Positions 18,131 through 28,017 are shown, counted from the first letter of the stretch. The stretch: 41,218 nt of DNA from a virus (IMGVR_UViG_3300036802_000048:1-41218), one strand, 5' to 3'. The notes: a model not told the origin generated them from the letters alone. Numbers and translations: made by a program.

Positions 18131-19219
18131 TTACGACAGACCTTTCAGACGGCCGTGAGCTTTTTCTTGTTCGAGAGCCAACGTGTACTCGCCTACGATT
18201 TGACCCTTCATGGAGTCACCAACCAATCCGAGATAGGTGTGTCCGAACTCGCGAGTAGCCAGCGGATGGATCTTGATCCGATTGGAATCAACAAGGAGCA
18301 GTTCATCCGGCGCAAGGTTTTGATTGAGTGCAACCTCAAACTCTCCGAAATCAGTAACGATCTTGTCTACAACCTGACCTCGTGTATTTTCGCTGCGAGT
18401 CAGCGTAATTTTGTTGCTGTCGGTTCCGGAAAGAGCCATTTTCTGCTTAGCAGCTACCATAACCTTGTAGTCGCCGCCGTTAGCAAATCCGCCAGCCTCA
18501 TAGATAGTCTGAGCCAGGGTATTGATCGCACCAAGAGTAAGTGCGCCGCCCACGTTAGTAACGTTGGTCTGAATGAACTGGCGGATACCGCGCATCTGGC
18601 GAACCTGGCCGTTTTCGTAAGCGATACCGTTGATTGCGGCCTTTTCGAGCTGCAGCGCGAGCTCAAGCTGCTTCTTCTGCTTTTCATGCTCATACAGGTT
18701 GTCGATGCCGTACTGTGCAATTGCTTGTGCAGTACCTGAAAGGTCTACTGTATCCGTAAAAATCTGTGTTAGGTTGGACTTACGTACGCGTGCTTTGTAG
18801 CGAGCAGCACGTGCGTCAGCGCCTTCAACTCCCTCGTCGAACTGGAACTCTACGCGCGCGCCAGAAGCTACCGCAGCCGCTGTCGTTGAAGCATATCCCC
18901 GGGTAACTGTCAGCGTTTTTGTGTCCGCGTCGATTGCGGTAACTTTCAGCATTTCGTCCACAATTTTGATTACGGAACCAACGCGGAAAGGCGTTACGTC
19001 GGCGACTACGATTGAGGTCGCGCCTACAAGCGCAGACGCAGTAGCTGAGGTTTCGTCCGGGAACATTTCATCCTCGTACCATACGTGTTCTACCGCAGTA
19101 ATTGGCTCAGCAAATCCTAGCAAGTTCAAAAGCGGAGTTTGGTGCGGATTTAGCAGCAGGATTTCATCTACTACGGACTCGCGTTTTCCCACAATTGAAG
19201 AATTGTAAACTTTAGTCAT
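18131..19219 (-). CDS. Major capsid protein (DUF5309/SU10-like)
   Basis: P..TP.L, HVWYED, N.TQIF, RQM.G, TDFG and GEYTL motifs; AGGGGG RBS before ATG 19219. Confidence 0.88.
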   Translation of the reverse strand: MTKVYNSSIVGKRESVVDEILLLNPHQTPLLNLLGFAEPITAVEHVWYEDEMFPDETSATASALVGATSIVVADVTPFRVGSVIKIVDEMLKVTAIDADTKTLTVTRGYASTTAAAVASGARVEFQFDEGVEGADARAARYKARVRKSNLTQIFTDTVDLSGTAQAIAQYGIDNLYEHEKQKKQLELALQLEKAAINGIAYENGQVRQMRGIRQFIQTNVTNVGGALTLGAINTLAQTIYEAGGFANGGDYKVMVAAKQKMALSGTDSNKITLTRSENTRGQVVDKIVTDFGEFEVALNQNLAPDELLLVDSNRIKIHPLATREFGHTYLGLVGDSMKGQIVGEYTLALEQEKAHGRLKGLS

Positions 19220-19317
19220 GTTTGTATTTCCCCCTGTAATTTGAGTGCTACGGATAAATCCGCGCAATAAAATAAGCCGCCAACTGCTCGCGACTTCATC
19301 TCTTTTATTAAATGTGG

Positions 19318-19923
19318 TTATTTCGTTAATTTTTCTTTAAGTGCCGCATACGCCATCCGGTCTTCAATCCGCCCCGTTTTCCGCGCCTTGTCTGCAGCTT
19401 CCTTAAGCAGTTGCTCCTTCGTCTTGTCCGGTGGATCAGATTTTCCGCCACTCGCGCCACCAATCGGTTTCGGCTGCGCCTTTTCAATGAGATAAGTATT
19501 AGCACTGACCAACGCCTCGACCGCTTCCTTAACGCCGACTGCGTTCCCCTCACCATCCAGCGTAACATCCGTCAAATCCGCTAGTTTTAGCGCTGCGGCC
19601 AGTCGGTCAGTAGGAATATTCGCCTCGCGTGCCAGCGACCTAAATTCCGCGTCAATCAAACGTTGATTTGCGGTAGTAAGCGCCTTGTCCCGATCAACCT
19701 CCGCCTGCTCCAGCGCGGTCAGCTTCGTTTTGATATCGTCGTAATCCTCGCGGCCTTTACGGTCCCTCGCAAGACGGTCGGCAACAATGCGGTCTAGATC
19801 CGCCTGCGTGAACGTCTTATCGGGCGTTGGGTCCGGTGTTGGGTTCGGATCGGGATCGGCGTCGCCTTCCGCAAATAACTGCAGATTCATCGGATATCGT
19901 GAGCGATTAATTTCGTTTTCCAT
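19318..19923 (-). CDS. Capsid scaffolding protein
   Basis: MNLQLFAE and FTQADLDRIV..RL.R motifs. Confidence 0.88.
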   Translation of the reverse strand: MENEINRSRYPMNLQLFAEGDADPDPNPTPDPTPDKTFTQADLDRIVADRLARDRKGREDYDDIKTKLTALEQAEVDRDKALTTANQRLIDAEFRSLAREANIPTDRLAAALKLADLTDVTLDGEGNAVGVKEAVEALVSANTYLIEKAQPKPIGGASGGKSDPPDKTKEQLLKEAADKARKTGRIEDRMAYAALKEKLTK

Positions 19924-20011
19924 CGTTGTCCTCCGTCCGTTTTGAGCCCGTCGGCTATCGTATGCCTAACCGTCCAGTTTATCGCGTCTTATACGTTTGG
20001 GACGCGGAGCC

Positions 20012-20851
20012 TTATTGCTCCAATAGCTTCGGATCACGTATCGCAGTTACTACGTGGGCACAACATGGGTGGAAAATTTCATTGCGCGGTAGGTCCCCAA
20101 TATAACGGTAATTCCCAGGCGCATCCGGCGTAAGTTTAACGATCATTCCTTCATACTCGCGGCATTTATCGACCGCGTTATGCTTCGAAACGACTCCGTA
20201 ATAAGCGCCGCGCCCTACCGCTTCGTTAATCGTAGACTCGCGCTGTGTCGTCGCCATCTTTGTACGCGTCAGCATCTTAACGTAGTTTTCCGGAGCCCAG
20301 CGCCGCCCTGCAGCGTCAATAATTCCGGTATCAACTGCGCTGCCGAGCGTTTTCTGCATCCGCTGTAAGATATCTGCGCTAAGCGTTCGATTACCGTTAA
20401 TACCGCGCGTCAAATTCGCACGCATCGAATCAGCGGTAGCCTGGCGGATAGCGAGCTTAACGCGGCGGTCTACGTTTTGTGTTACCGCGAGCAAATCCGC
20501 CTGTGTATCCGCAACGGCTGACGCGACAAACTCGCGATTAATCCGGTTAAACTTGGCGATCTTCTGCGCTTCTTCTAACGTTTCCGCCACGCCGAGATTA
20601 ACGATGGCGAGCGCGACGCCATCCGTAGCCGCCAACGGTATGTGCTTCGCGACCCATTCGGCGGATTCGGCGTTTAGTCCACGCAAAATAGCCGCAACCT
20701 CGGCGAGTGCGGCGCGTGAATTAGCGCGTGACATTACGGTTAAATCTAAGCGTGATAGTTCGCCGGATATCGCGAGTATTGCGTTTTTATATGCGCGGAC
20801 AAGGACGGCGACTTCGTAATCGTACGTTGGCTCCGGGATTAGCGGCATCAT
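20012..20851 (-). CDS. Minor capsid / head morphogenesis protein
   Basis: D.AGRRW...Y..M..RT, C...EG and FHP.C.H motifs. Confidence 0.85.
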   Translation of the reverse strand: MMPLIPEPTYDYEVAVLVRAYKNAILAISGELSRLDLTVMSRANSRAALAEVAAILRGLNAESAEWVAKHIPLAATDGVALAIVNLGVAETLEEAQKIAKFNRINREFVASAVADTQADLLAVTQNVDRRVKLAIRQATADSMRANLTRGINGNRTLSADILQRMQKTLGSAVDTGIIDAAGRRWAPENYVKMLTRTKMATTQRESTINEAVGRGAYYGVVSKHNAVDKCREYEGMIVKLTPDAPGNYRYIGDLPRNEIFHPCCAHVVTAIRDPKLLEQ

Positions 20852-22407
20852 TCGTTAAATACCGTTGAGTTGACCGTGCCTAGTGTTCGCGTTTCGTCTG
20901 CGTCAATCCGCACTATAATTTCCTCCGCCATTGCGTCATCAACGCCGTCTAGCGTCTTGATTGCGTCGTGTACGGAGATCGTCGGCTTACCGCCCGTACG
21001 TATCTGCGCTACCTCTGCGGCTTCTTTTTCGTCAATAGGAACGCCATCGCGCCACTTGATACGCGGGTAGATCGGATCATACTTTTCGAAACCACTTACG
21101 CCTTCATTAGCGTAGTTTTCGAGCTGCATCGCGGTCCAAATAGCGTCACGTAAAGCGCGGTCAACGTGCGCGCGGATGCGGTTAACCTTCGCCAGGATCG
21201 GCATAAACCGCGCTTTGATTGCGCCGCTGTCCGTATGTGACGTGCCGGTTCCGCCTTTGTCCGAGGCGAGCGTTGTCCCGAATAACCATTGCGGCGTTTC
21301 CGACATCTGATATACGAGGCCGAGTAGTATATCGAGCTCCGTAAACGCGGATGATAACTGGCCCTCCCACGTCATATAGCCGGGAGTTGCGTCCTCTTTG
21401 CCGACCGGTATATAACGCCCGACTGAGCGTATCGTATTATTGGTGCTATCGTCGTCTCCGATATCTTCCGGACCGTACATCCATGGGTCGCTGTGCTTCC
21501 AAAGGATATAATCTATCTGCGCTAAGCGTTCGTTAATCGCGCTCAGTACGCTTTCTAATTTCTCAACGCCGTTAATACCTTCCCATCGGTCATCAACGCT
21601 TTTATACGGGATGTGGTGTATGAGCAATTGATCCGTACCCGTTGCCTCAACGTCTTCATCGCGTCCAGTCGCTACCTTTTCGCCGATTAAATACGTTGAG
21701 ATCGGCACGTCCCAGTCGTTGTTTACGCCAGCCTCCGAAAGTTCATAGCGTTCATGTACGATATAGCCTGGAATGTAGCGCTCTACTACGAGATAAGGTA
21801 CGTATGAGGCCGCCTTACCGTAGAGCCACCGTACGACCTTTCCGCCGGGTTCTTCGACCCAATCGACCCACGCGGCGTTAATCGCTTTGAATTTCTTACG
21901 TGAGCCCGTCGATAACTCCGGAAATACGATGTCCGCGCGTACCGATTCGATAATAGGTTCGAGCGTTGTTTCCGGCGCAGCTAAACCGAGTGCTTCCGTT
22001 TCGCTGACGTCGGCACGCGTATCATAGCGGACTTTAATAAACGAGTCGCCCCGGTATCCGCCGCCTATAACGAGTTCGTGCGTCATTAACGTAATATCGT
22101 TCTCTTCGACGATCGAGTCGAGGCGTTCCTGTTCGCGTGATCCCGGACCCTTTCCGCTTTCATATGCTGGGGGTTCCCCTGTCAGTAGGTCCGCCGGCTT
22201 CGTCAGCAATATGTCCATTAAGTTAACCGCGATGAATAGCGTTTTGAGCTGCGCGGCATGCGGCGTATCTTTTAATAGGGACGAGGCGCGATCGTAGATT
22301 TCCGGATGGCGGCCGTCGAATATCGTCTTGCCGCGTTTATAGCGTGCTAATCGCGGTGTGTGAGAAGGTGGTGGATAGATAGCTCCAGGTTCAAATAACT
22401 TCGCCAA
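20848..22407 (-). CDS. Portal protein (SPP1 gp6-like)
   Basis: 519 aa after terminase; YMTWEGQ, SGAIK and I.W.DG.P.D motifs. Confidence 0.88.
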   Translation of the reverse strand: MAKLFEPGAIYPPPSHTPRLARYKRGKTIFDGRHPEIYDRASSLLKDTPHAAQLKTLFIAVNLMDILLTKPADLLTGEPPAYESGKGPGSREQERLDSIVEENDITLMTHELVIGGGYRGDSFIKVRYDTRADVSETEALGLAAPETTLEPIIESVRADIVFPELSTGSRKKFKAINAAWVDWVEEPGGKVVRWLYGKAASYVPYLVVERYIPGYIVHERYELSEAGVNNDWDVPISTYLIGEKVATGRDEDVEATGTDQLLIHHIPYKSVDDRWEGINGVEKLESVLSAINERLAQIDYILWKHSDPWMYGPEDIGDDDSTNNTIRSVGRYIPVGKEDATPGYMTWEGQLSSAFTELDILLGLVYQMSETPQWLFGTTLASDKGGTGTSHTDSGAIKARFMPILAKVNRIRAHVDRALRDAIWTAMQLENYANEGVSGFEKYDPIYPRIKWRDGVPIDEKEAAEVAQIRTGGKPTISVHDAIKTLDGVDDAMAEEIIVRIDADETRTLGTVNSTVFNE

Positions 22408-22481
22408 TTTGCGTCCTCCTTTCGTATTTTCACGTGGTATAATTTAACTGATATATCAATATTTAAAGGGAGGCGTATTCT

Positions 22482-22835
22482 GTGAGTGATTTCGTTCAAA
22501 AGGTAGAGAAGTATATTGCTGATCGAAAGGATCGAGAGCAGGCTGAGCAAGATAAGATCAAAGCAATCAAAGAAAAGAAAGCTAAAATACACGCAACTTT
22601 ATTGGAGGTAATGTATGACCTTTTCAATAACAGCCCGTTAGAGACAAACTATAAGAACTTACTTCGCCTAACTGCGGACACAGATAGTTACTACATAGAG
22701 ATAGACACTATCACGTTTTTGGTCCATCGATCAGTTATCGAGAATAAAATTGATAGCAATCCAAAGCTTGATTTGAAAAAGCTTATTGAGCAAGAGCTCT
22801 TTAACGAGTTAGAAAATTCGGACTTACCATTTTAG
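22482..22835 (+). CDS. AT-rich moron between terminase and portal
   Basis: GGGAGG RBS, TGgTATAAT extended -10 at 22435-22443, opposite strand. Confidence 0.7.
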   Translation: MSDFVQKVEKYIADRKDREQAEQDKIKAIKEKKAKIHATLLEVMYDLFNNSPLETNYKNLLRLTADTDSYYIEIDTITFLVHRSVIENKIDSNPKLDLKKLIEQELFNELENSDLPF

Positions 22836-24623
22836 TTAAGCCCACGCAGGCTTGTTTCGTATCTTCTTACGCCCATTCTTCGCAATACTAACCGCCATCT
22901 CAAGCGCGTCCGGTAAGTCATCGTGAGTACCGGACGGATACATTTCGAATTGTTCGAGTAGTAACGCATGCTTCCGACTGAACTGTATCTCGCCGCTTTC
23001 GATCGCAGGCATCATCGCTTCTATCCGCAGCCCTTTTCGTGACCGTTGATGTATCTCTTTCACGCGTGTATGCGCCGGATATCCCGCTGCTTTTAGTGCG
23101 TCTTTAAGCTGCATAACGAAGAACTCTTGCGCTGCCTGCGCTTCGGCCGCGATCGCATTCGGCTGATACTTTAGCGCCTTCTCCACAATTACACGCAAAA
23201 AAGCGTCCGGCTTTATCCGTTCGCCGAACGCATCGATTACGTATTTTGTTCCGGTCTGTTTATGGCGCGCGATCGTTACAATGGAACTGTAGTCACCTCG
23301 CGTTTTGCCCATCGCGAAGTCAACGCCCATGTATATATCGTAAGCAGTGTCAGCCGGTCGCGGATACTGTGATAGCGCGTCTTTTAACTGTCCGCCATCC
23401 CAATACGTAAACGTCTCCGGATTAAATATCATCGACTCTTCATCAATCGGATTGTTCATATACTCCGTGTTGAACGCCTTACTTCCGTTATCCCATTTCC
23501 ACGTCATCAGCTTCCAAATCGGCTGTGCTTCCGGCCATAATACGACGCAGCCGCGATCCATCTCCTCGCGATTCATTTCGTACAAGGCGCGCGCTTCCTT
23601 AACGCGGTCTTCCTTCGATCGATCCGGATCTTTATATACGAGGCGACACGCTTCCCATAAGTCCATGCGTTCAGGCCATTCGATAACAGCGCGGTAAACT
23701 CGCGATTTAAAGTCTGACCGATTGTACAGTACGTCAACGAGTAACGCTTCATGATGGACCGTTGTTCCCATGTATACGAAAGCTGTGCGTTTACCTTTTG
23801 GCCCACCGAGCGGCATTACCGTTTGCGAGAACCAGTCCTTGAGCTTCCGGCGGAGTTCCGGCGTGGCGGCGTTCGATTTAATATCTTCGAGGTCATCGCA
23901 AATGATGAGATCCGGACGTTTTTGGTTCCAGTTACGTCCACGTATTGCCTGGCCGGTTGACGCAGCTTCTACTTTCGCAAGCATTCGTTTCGTACCATCT
24001 TCGCGCGATTCCCATGCGATAAACTCCGAGCTGTTATCCTTTGGATTCTCTTGCTGTTTCGCGCTCAATAGCGGTCCGAAGTCCTTCCGGAGCTTTTCGT
24101 TACTCTTGAGCTGTAGCGATATCCAATCGAGGTTAGCGCTCGAAACCGCCGGCGTCTCCGATATCGTAATCACATACCGCCGTTTACGGTAACAAATCTC
24201 ACGCAACGGAAACGCTTTGGATAAATACGTTGATTTACCGTGAGAACGGGGCGCAGCTTCCGCAACCTTATCGTTTATATGGACGTTTGAAACGTCGTCC
24301 ATTAACCCGCATATCTCGCGGTGGAAGTCGGGCGCTTGCGATACATCAGTAATGTCGAAGTCTTCCCAATTTCCGTCATTACCGGGGTTACGTGCTTCCG
24401 AGAAATATTCGATGGAAAATTCGAGCAGATCCGTTTCGCATCGTTGTATCCGCGCTAATCGTTCGTACTCGCTCACTGCACGATCAATCTCCGGAGCCTC
24501 CGCCGCGGTGACACTACCCCAATCGAAGTCTGAACGCTGGACAGCTTCGTATATCTCGCGGTAAGGAGACAGTATCTCCGCACGCGCTTCTCGTATGACC
24601 CACTTACCGTCAATCCATGCGAT
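22836..24623 (-). CDS. terL: Terminase large subunit (probable ATC start at 24623)
   Basis: APRSHGKST Walker A, IRG...RPDLIICDDLE, GVDFA and HDDLPDA motifs; frame open 49 codons upstream of GTG 24476. Confidence 0.93.
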   Translation of the reverse strand: MAWIDGKWVIREARAEILSPYREIYEAVQRSDFDWGSVTAAEAPEIDRAVSEYERLARIQRCETDLLEFSIEYFSEARNPGNDGNWEDFDITDVSQAPDFHREICGLMDDVSNVHINDKVAEAAPRSHGKSTYLSKAFPLREICYRKRRYVITISETPAVSSANLDWISLQLKSNEKLRKDFGPLLSAKQQENPKDNSSEFIAWESREDGTKRMLAKVEAASTGQAIRGRNWNQKRPDLIICDDLEDIKSNAATPELRRKLKDWFSQTVMPLGGPKGKRTAFVYMGTTVHHEALLVDVLYNRSDFKSRVYRAVIEWPERMDLWEACRLVYKDPDRSKEDRVKEARALYEMNREEMDRGCVVLWPEAQPIWKLMTWKWDNGSKAFNTEYMNNPIDEESMIFNPETFTYWDGGQLKDALSQYPRPADTAYDIYMGVDFAMGKTRGDYSSIVTIARHKQTGTKYVIDAFGERIKPDAFLRVIVEKALKYQPNAIAAEAQAAQEFFVMQLKDALKAAGYPAHTRVKEIHQRSRKGLRIEAMMPAIESGEIQFSRKHALLLEQFEMYPSGTHDDLPDALEMAVSIAKNGRKKIRNKPAWA

Positions 24624-24868
24624 CGATACCGCCTCCTTCCGTGTGGTTGATTTTAACCGTGAAATTAGCGTGTTTAATGCGTTACCCTAGCGCTAATACT
24701 CCGCAAGGATGAAACGCGCTAAATCAACGGTGATTCTACGTGTAAATTACGTGTGACTACGCTTGACTACCGAAATCCAAACATTAATTTTGATACGCGG
24801 ATTGTTGTAGTACCAGATTTCACTTACTTTTAGTAACCTCTTGGGGGTCAGGCAGTTTTCCCTCTACC

Positions 24869-24981
24869 AATGTATGATTTTGTATGTTTTCGTACATTCA
24901 AAACGTTGATTTTACTAGGTTTACGTGATATGATTACTCCGTGATAACGTAATCGTACATTCAACGTACTATTATGTATGA
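24869..24981. repeat. Candidate recombinase binding/resolution site
   Basis: TCGTACATTCAA twice (24890, 24953), each with an imperfect inverted ATGTATGA partner. Confidence 0.5.
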
Positions 24982-24996
24982 AAAGGACGTGTCAAA

Positions 24997-25557
24997 ATGG
25001 GCGAAAAGAAAGCTATATATGATGTCCAACCGCTTAGAACACGCGAGGAAATCGAGGATATGAAGCAATCACTCCGTCGTTGGTGCAGCGAGCGCGATCT
25101 ACTTATGTTTATCTGCGGAATTAATACCGGCCTTCGCGTATCGGATATAGTCGCGCTCAAGGTCGCGGACGTCAAAGATAAGACGCACGTACGAATCGTC
25201 GAACAGAAAAGTGGTAAGGTTCGCAACGTTAACCTCAAGGCGATACAGCCGGAAATCACCGAGTATATACGCGGTATGAGCGCGGATGATTGGTTGTTCC
25301 CCTCACGTAAGGGAAACGGTCATATCACGCCGACACAAGCGTACAGAGCGCTAGTAAAGGCTGGCGAGATGATCGACCGTACAGATATCGGTACGCATAC
25401 GATGCGCAAGACATTCGGCTATCACCATTACAAGCGTAATAAGGACGTAGCCGCGCTACAGGAGATATTCAATCACTCCGCGCCATCCATAACGAAGCGC
25501 TACATCGGCATCCGTCAAGACGAAATAGACGAGTCTCTCGAAGGGTTCAAGCTGTAG
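24997..25557 (+). CDS. Small tyrosine recombinase (catalytic domain only)
   Basis: TGLRVSD, HTMRKTF and NHSAPSITKRYIG catalytic motifs; 186 aa. Confidence 0.93.
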   Translation: MGEKKAIYDVQPLRTREEIEDMKQSLRRWCSERDLLMFICGINTGLRVSDIVALKVADVKDKTHVRIVEQKSGKVRNVNLKAIQPEITEYIRGMSADDWLFPSRKGNGHITPTQAYRALVKAGEMIDRTDIGTHTMRKTFGYHHYKRNKDVAALQEIFNHSAPSITKRYIGIRQDEIDESLEGFKL

Positions 25558-25563
25558 AAGCGT

Positions 25564-25591
25564 AGGGTACGTAGATGATGCGTACCCTTTT
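25564..25591 (+). terminator. Terminator of the recombinase gene
   Basis: AGGGTACGTA-gatga-TGCGTACCCT followed by Ts. Confidence 0.7.
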
Positions 25592-25707
25592 CGCCGTTTC
25601 AAAAATTCTCGGAGGGGCACGCGCCAGGTCAGCCGTGCAGGATATTCGCACCTAATCCGAAGGTTTCCGCAGTCTCTTTCGCGTCTTCCTTCATATAATA
25701 GCGCCGT

Positions 25708-26100
25708 TTACTCGCTCGTTTCGGATTGACGCTGTGATAGCGATGCTACACGCAGTCTCAACGCTTCGATATCCGTTCCTTCTCCGTCCTTGTTCGTTAC
25801 CTCGATGCTCTCCGTCAACACTCCGCCAACCTGCAGCGCAAGCTTCGCCATTGCTGCGTTACCGTCACGTATAGCAATGTCCGCCAATGATTGAAGCAGC
25901 TCCGGTAATCTTACGTCATTGTTACGCCGCAGTGCGCGTCTGAACTCCGCGTCAAACATTGCGTTCTTACGCCAGTTCTCCAGCGTACGCGCAGTTACGC
26001 CGCATAACTCTGCGATTTCCTCGTATGTCTTACCGCCCTTCTTTGGTTGCGCTAACCAGTCGATCGCGATTAACTGTTCCGCCGATAATGTGTTCGCCAT
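25708..26100 (-). CDS. phBC6A51-family HTH protein, probable terminase small subunit
   Basis: EQL.AI.WL..P..GGKT.EEIA..CGV..RTL..W HTH; upstream of terL. Confidence 0.8.
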   Translation of the reverse strand: MANTLSAEQLIAIDWLAQPKKGGKTYEEIAELCGVTARTLENWRKNAMFDAEFRRALRRNNDVRLPELLQSLADIAIRDGNAAMAKLALQVGGVLTESIEVTNKDGEGTDIEALRLRVASLSQRQSETSE

Positions 26101-26529
26101 TGTACCTTAATCCCTCCCGTATATTAGCGCCTTAACGACGCGTATAAGTATTTGTATTACCTTGCGTGTTAAACGCCTAATGTAACGTAATAAGTACGCA
26201 TATAAATAGCGCTATTCCTACGCCCAGGCAAAGCGTAAGAACAGCGCCTAAATATACGTTGCGTAACCGAAACCTAACGTAATATATTCGATACTTAGCG
26301 CATACAAGCGAAGTAAACTACGTTTATTAACATCCGCGCTATTCCTTGTCTTTGCCTACATGAGTTACTACTCTGATTAATCCTCATGAATAGGTAAGAG
26401 TTAGGTCCTTTGCTAAACCTATCTCAGTCACTACCGTTCCCTCGAAACTTTTTATGCGCGAATAATCTATCAGTCATTATATAAGCTCCGCGAGGATTCA
26501 TGAGCGTAGCGAATTAATCGGATGCGGTA

Positions 26530-26644
26530 ATGTTTTGTTTGTTCTTACATGTTCGTTATTATTACGTTTGTTCTTATTACCGTCACTCTCCGGTGATTTA
26601 GGTAATTCACTGCTGAGTGATTAAGCTAATTCACTCCTTGGTGA
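26530..26644. repeat. Iteron-like repeats plus AT-rich tract: candidate replication origin
   Basis: TCACT-N5-GTGA at 26583, 26607 and 26631 (24-bp period) beside TGTTC(T/G)T repeats. Confidence 0.65.
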
Positions 26645-27070
26645 ATGACCGTATAAAACGTCTAGCCGGCCGCGTATTTGCTCGTCAGTAAGCCCGCTAT
26701 AATACTGCGGATAATAGAGTTTATCGCGCTTATTCGACGTATAATCCATCGCAGACTTAACGAGTCCTACCGCCTCTAATACGTCACATAGCGGTTTGAT
26801 CCGGTTACGTCCAATACCCGTCTCGTCCGCGATCCGCTGTACGGAAGGAAATGCGCTCATGTAGCGGTCATTATCGTGCTGCCCGTTGACCATCGATAGC
26901 AGATACGTATAGACGGTCGCTATATGCGCGTTACTCTTATCGTATTCGCGCGCAATTGGCACTAATCTGCGGAATAAATCGTGCGGAACCGGAGCATAGT
27001 GCCCGCGGTCCAAACACGCTGATTTACGTCTAGCTGCTTCGTGCCCTATGTCTCGAAATTGTTTGCTCAT
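26621..27070 (-). CDS. HTH replication-initiator-like protein
   Basis: VY.YL...., AFPSVQRIADETGIGR..I......LE..GLV winged-HTH pattern. Confidence 0.7.
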   Translation of the reverse strand: MSKQFRDIGHEAARRKSACLDRGHYAPVPHDLFRRLVPIAREYDKSNAHIATVYTYLLSMVNGQHDNDRYMSAFPSVQRIADETGIGRNRIKPLCDVLEAVGLVKSAMDYTSNKRDKLYYPQYYSGLTDEQIRGRLDVLYGHSPRSELA

Positions 27071-27104
27071 ACTCCATACCACTCCACTCCATGTAATTTA
27101 CCTG

Positions 27105-27278
27105 CTAACTCCCCGCGCCATACTCATCTAGACTCCGTTTAACCGCGTCATCTTTAGCGTATAGCCAGAAGCGTCCGCCGGTTTTTTCGTTAAGTCCTAC
27201 GCAAATATATCGATGGCCGGCTGTCCGTAGAAAGTGGAACATGGCCGGTGAATAACAGTATAAATAAGCGTTCCCCAT
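27105..27278 (-). CDS. 57-aa DUF5659-like protein (not in ORF track)
   Basis: MGNAYLYCYSPAMFHFLRTAGHRYICVG...RFWLY..., GGAGGG RBS. Confidence 0.75.
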   Translation of the reverse strand: MGNAYLYCYSPAMFHFLRTAGHRYICVGLNEKTGGRFWLYAKDDAVKRSLDEYGAGS

Positions 27279-27291
27279 ATGTAAGCCCTCC

Positions 27292-27465
27292 TTAGTTAAA
27301 CTCGACTACAACGCTGCTCATTCCGTCTTCTAGGGACTGCTCGAAGTCATAGTTAAAGTCGTCTGCGTCCGCGTATTCCTCGAACATTTGAAACGAATCT
27401 TTACCTTCCTCACACAACAGGAACTCGTTTCCCTTAACGTCGATCACCTTGATAGCGTATTTCAT
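27292..27465 (-). CDS. 57-aa acidic protein (not in ORF track)
   Basis: MKYAIKVIDVKGNEFLLCEEG...VEFN, GAGGAG RBS. Confidence 0.7.
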   Translation of the reverse strand: MKYAIKVIDVKGNEFLLCEEGKDSFQMFEEYADADDFNYDFEQSLEDGMSSVVVEFN

Positions 27466-27558
27466 CTTTGCACTCTCCTCTTAGGTTTGTGGTACAACTT
27501 AAAAAGAGGGATTCCCGCGGTTTAGCGCGGATTTCCCTCAGGTTGTTAAACGTAGTCC

Positions 27559-28017
27559 TTAATCGTTGTCGTACCCACTCGCGACAATCATCGGACCTTC
27601 GCGCTTTCCGTTTATTGCGCAGGGGTTGTTACCTATCGGAACATCCTGCCCTTCCTCAATTGGGCGCTCACGATCGCGTTGTAGGCGAAGCTCCATCTCG
27701 GACAATATCGGATAATCACGCGGATCATATCCGGCCGATACCCATGCGTTAAGTCGTTGCCGTTGATCCTGCGGAAATTCCTCTCCGGTAATGTGCGTAT
27801 AGTAGCCTGCCAAGTCGTTAAGCGCTGTTCTGCGTTCGGACATCTGCAGAGCGGTCGTTGTCAAGCGGTCAACAGCGTGGGTTAAAAGTAGCTTATTGTC
27901 AGCGCCCTTTACGAAGAGATCGCGCCAGAAGTATCCACCGTTCCATACATCGCGAAGATTACCCGTAAGGTTAGCGCCAGGGCTCCGACTTTCGTACTCA
28001 TAAGCTAATGCTCCCAT
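27559..28017 (-). CDS. Hypothetical phage protein
   Basis: 152 aa, GGAGG RBS, DYPILSE motif. Confidence 0.7.
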   Translation of the reverse strand: MGALAYEYESRSPGANLTGNLRDVWNGGYFWRDLFVKGADNKLLLTHAVDRLTTTALQMSERRTALNDLAGYYTHITGEEFPQDQRQRLNAWVSAGYDPRDYPILSEMELRLQRDRERPIEEGQDVPIGNNPCAINGKREGPMIVASGYDND

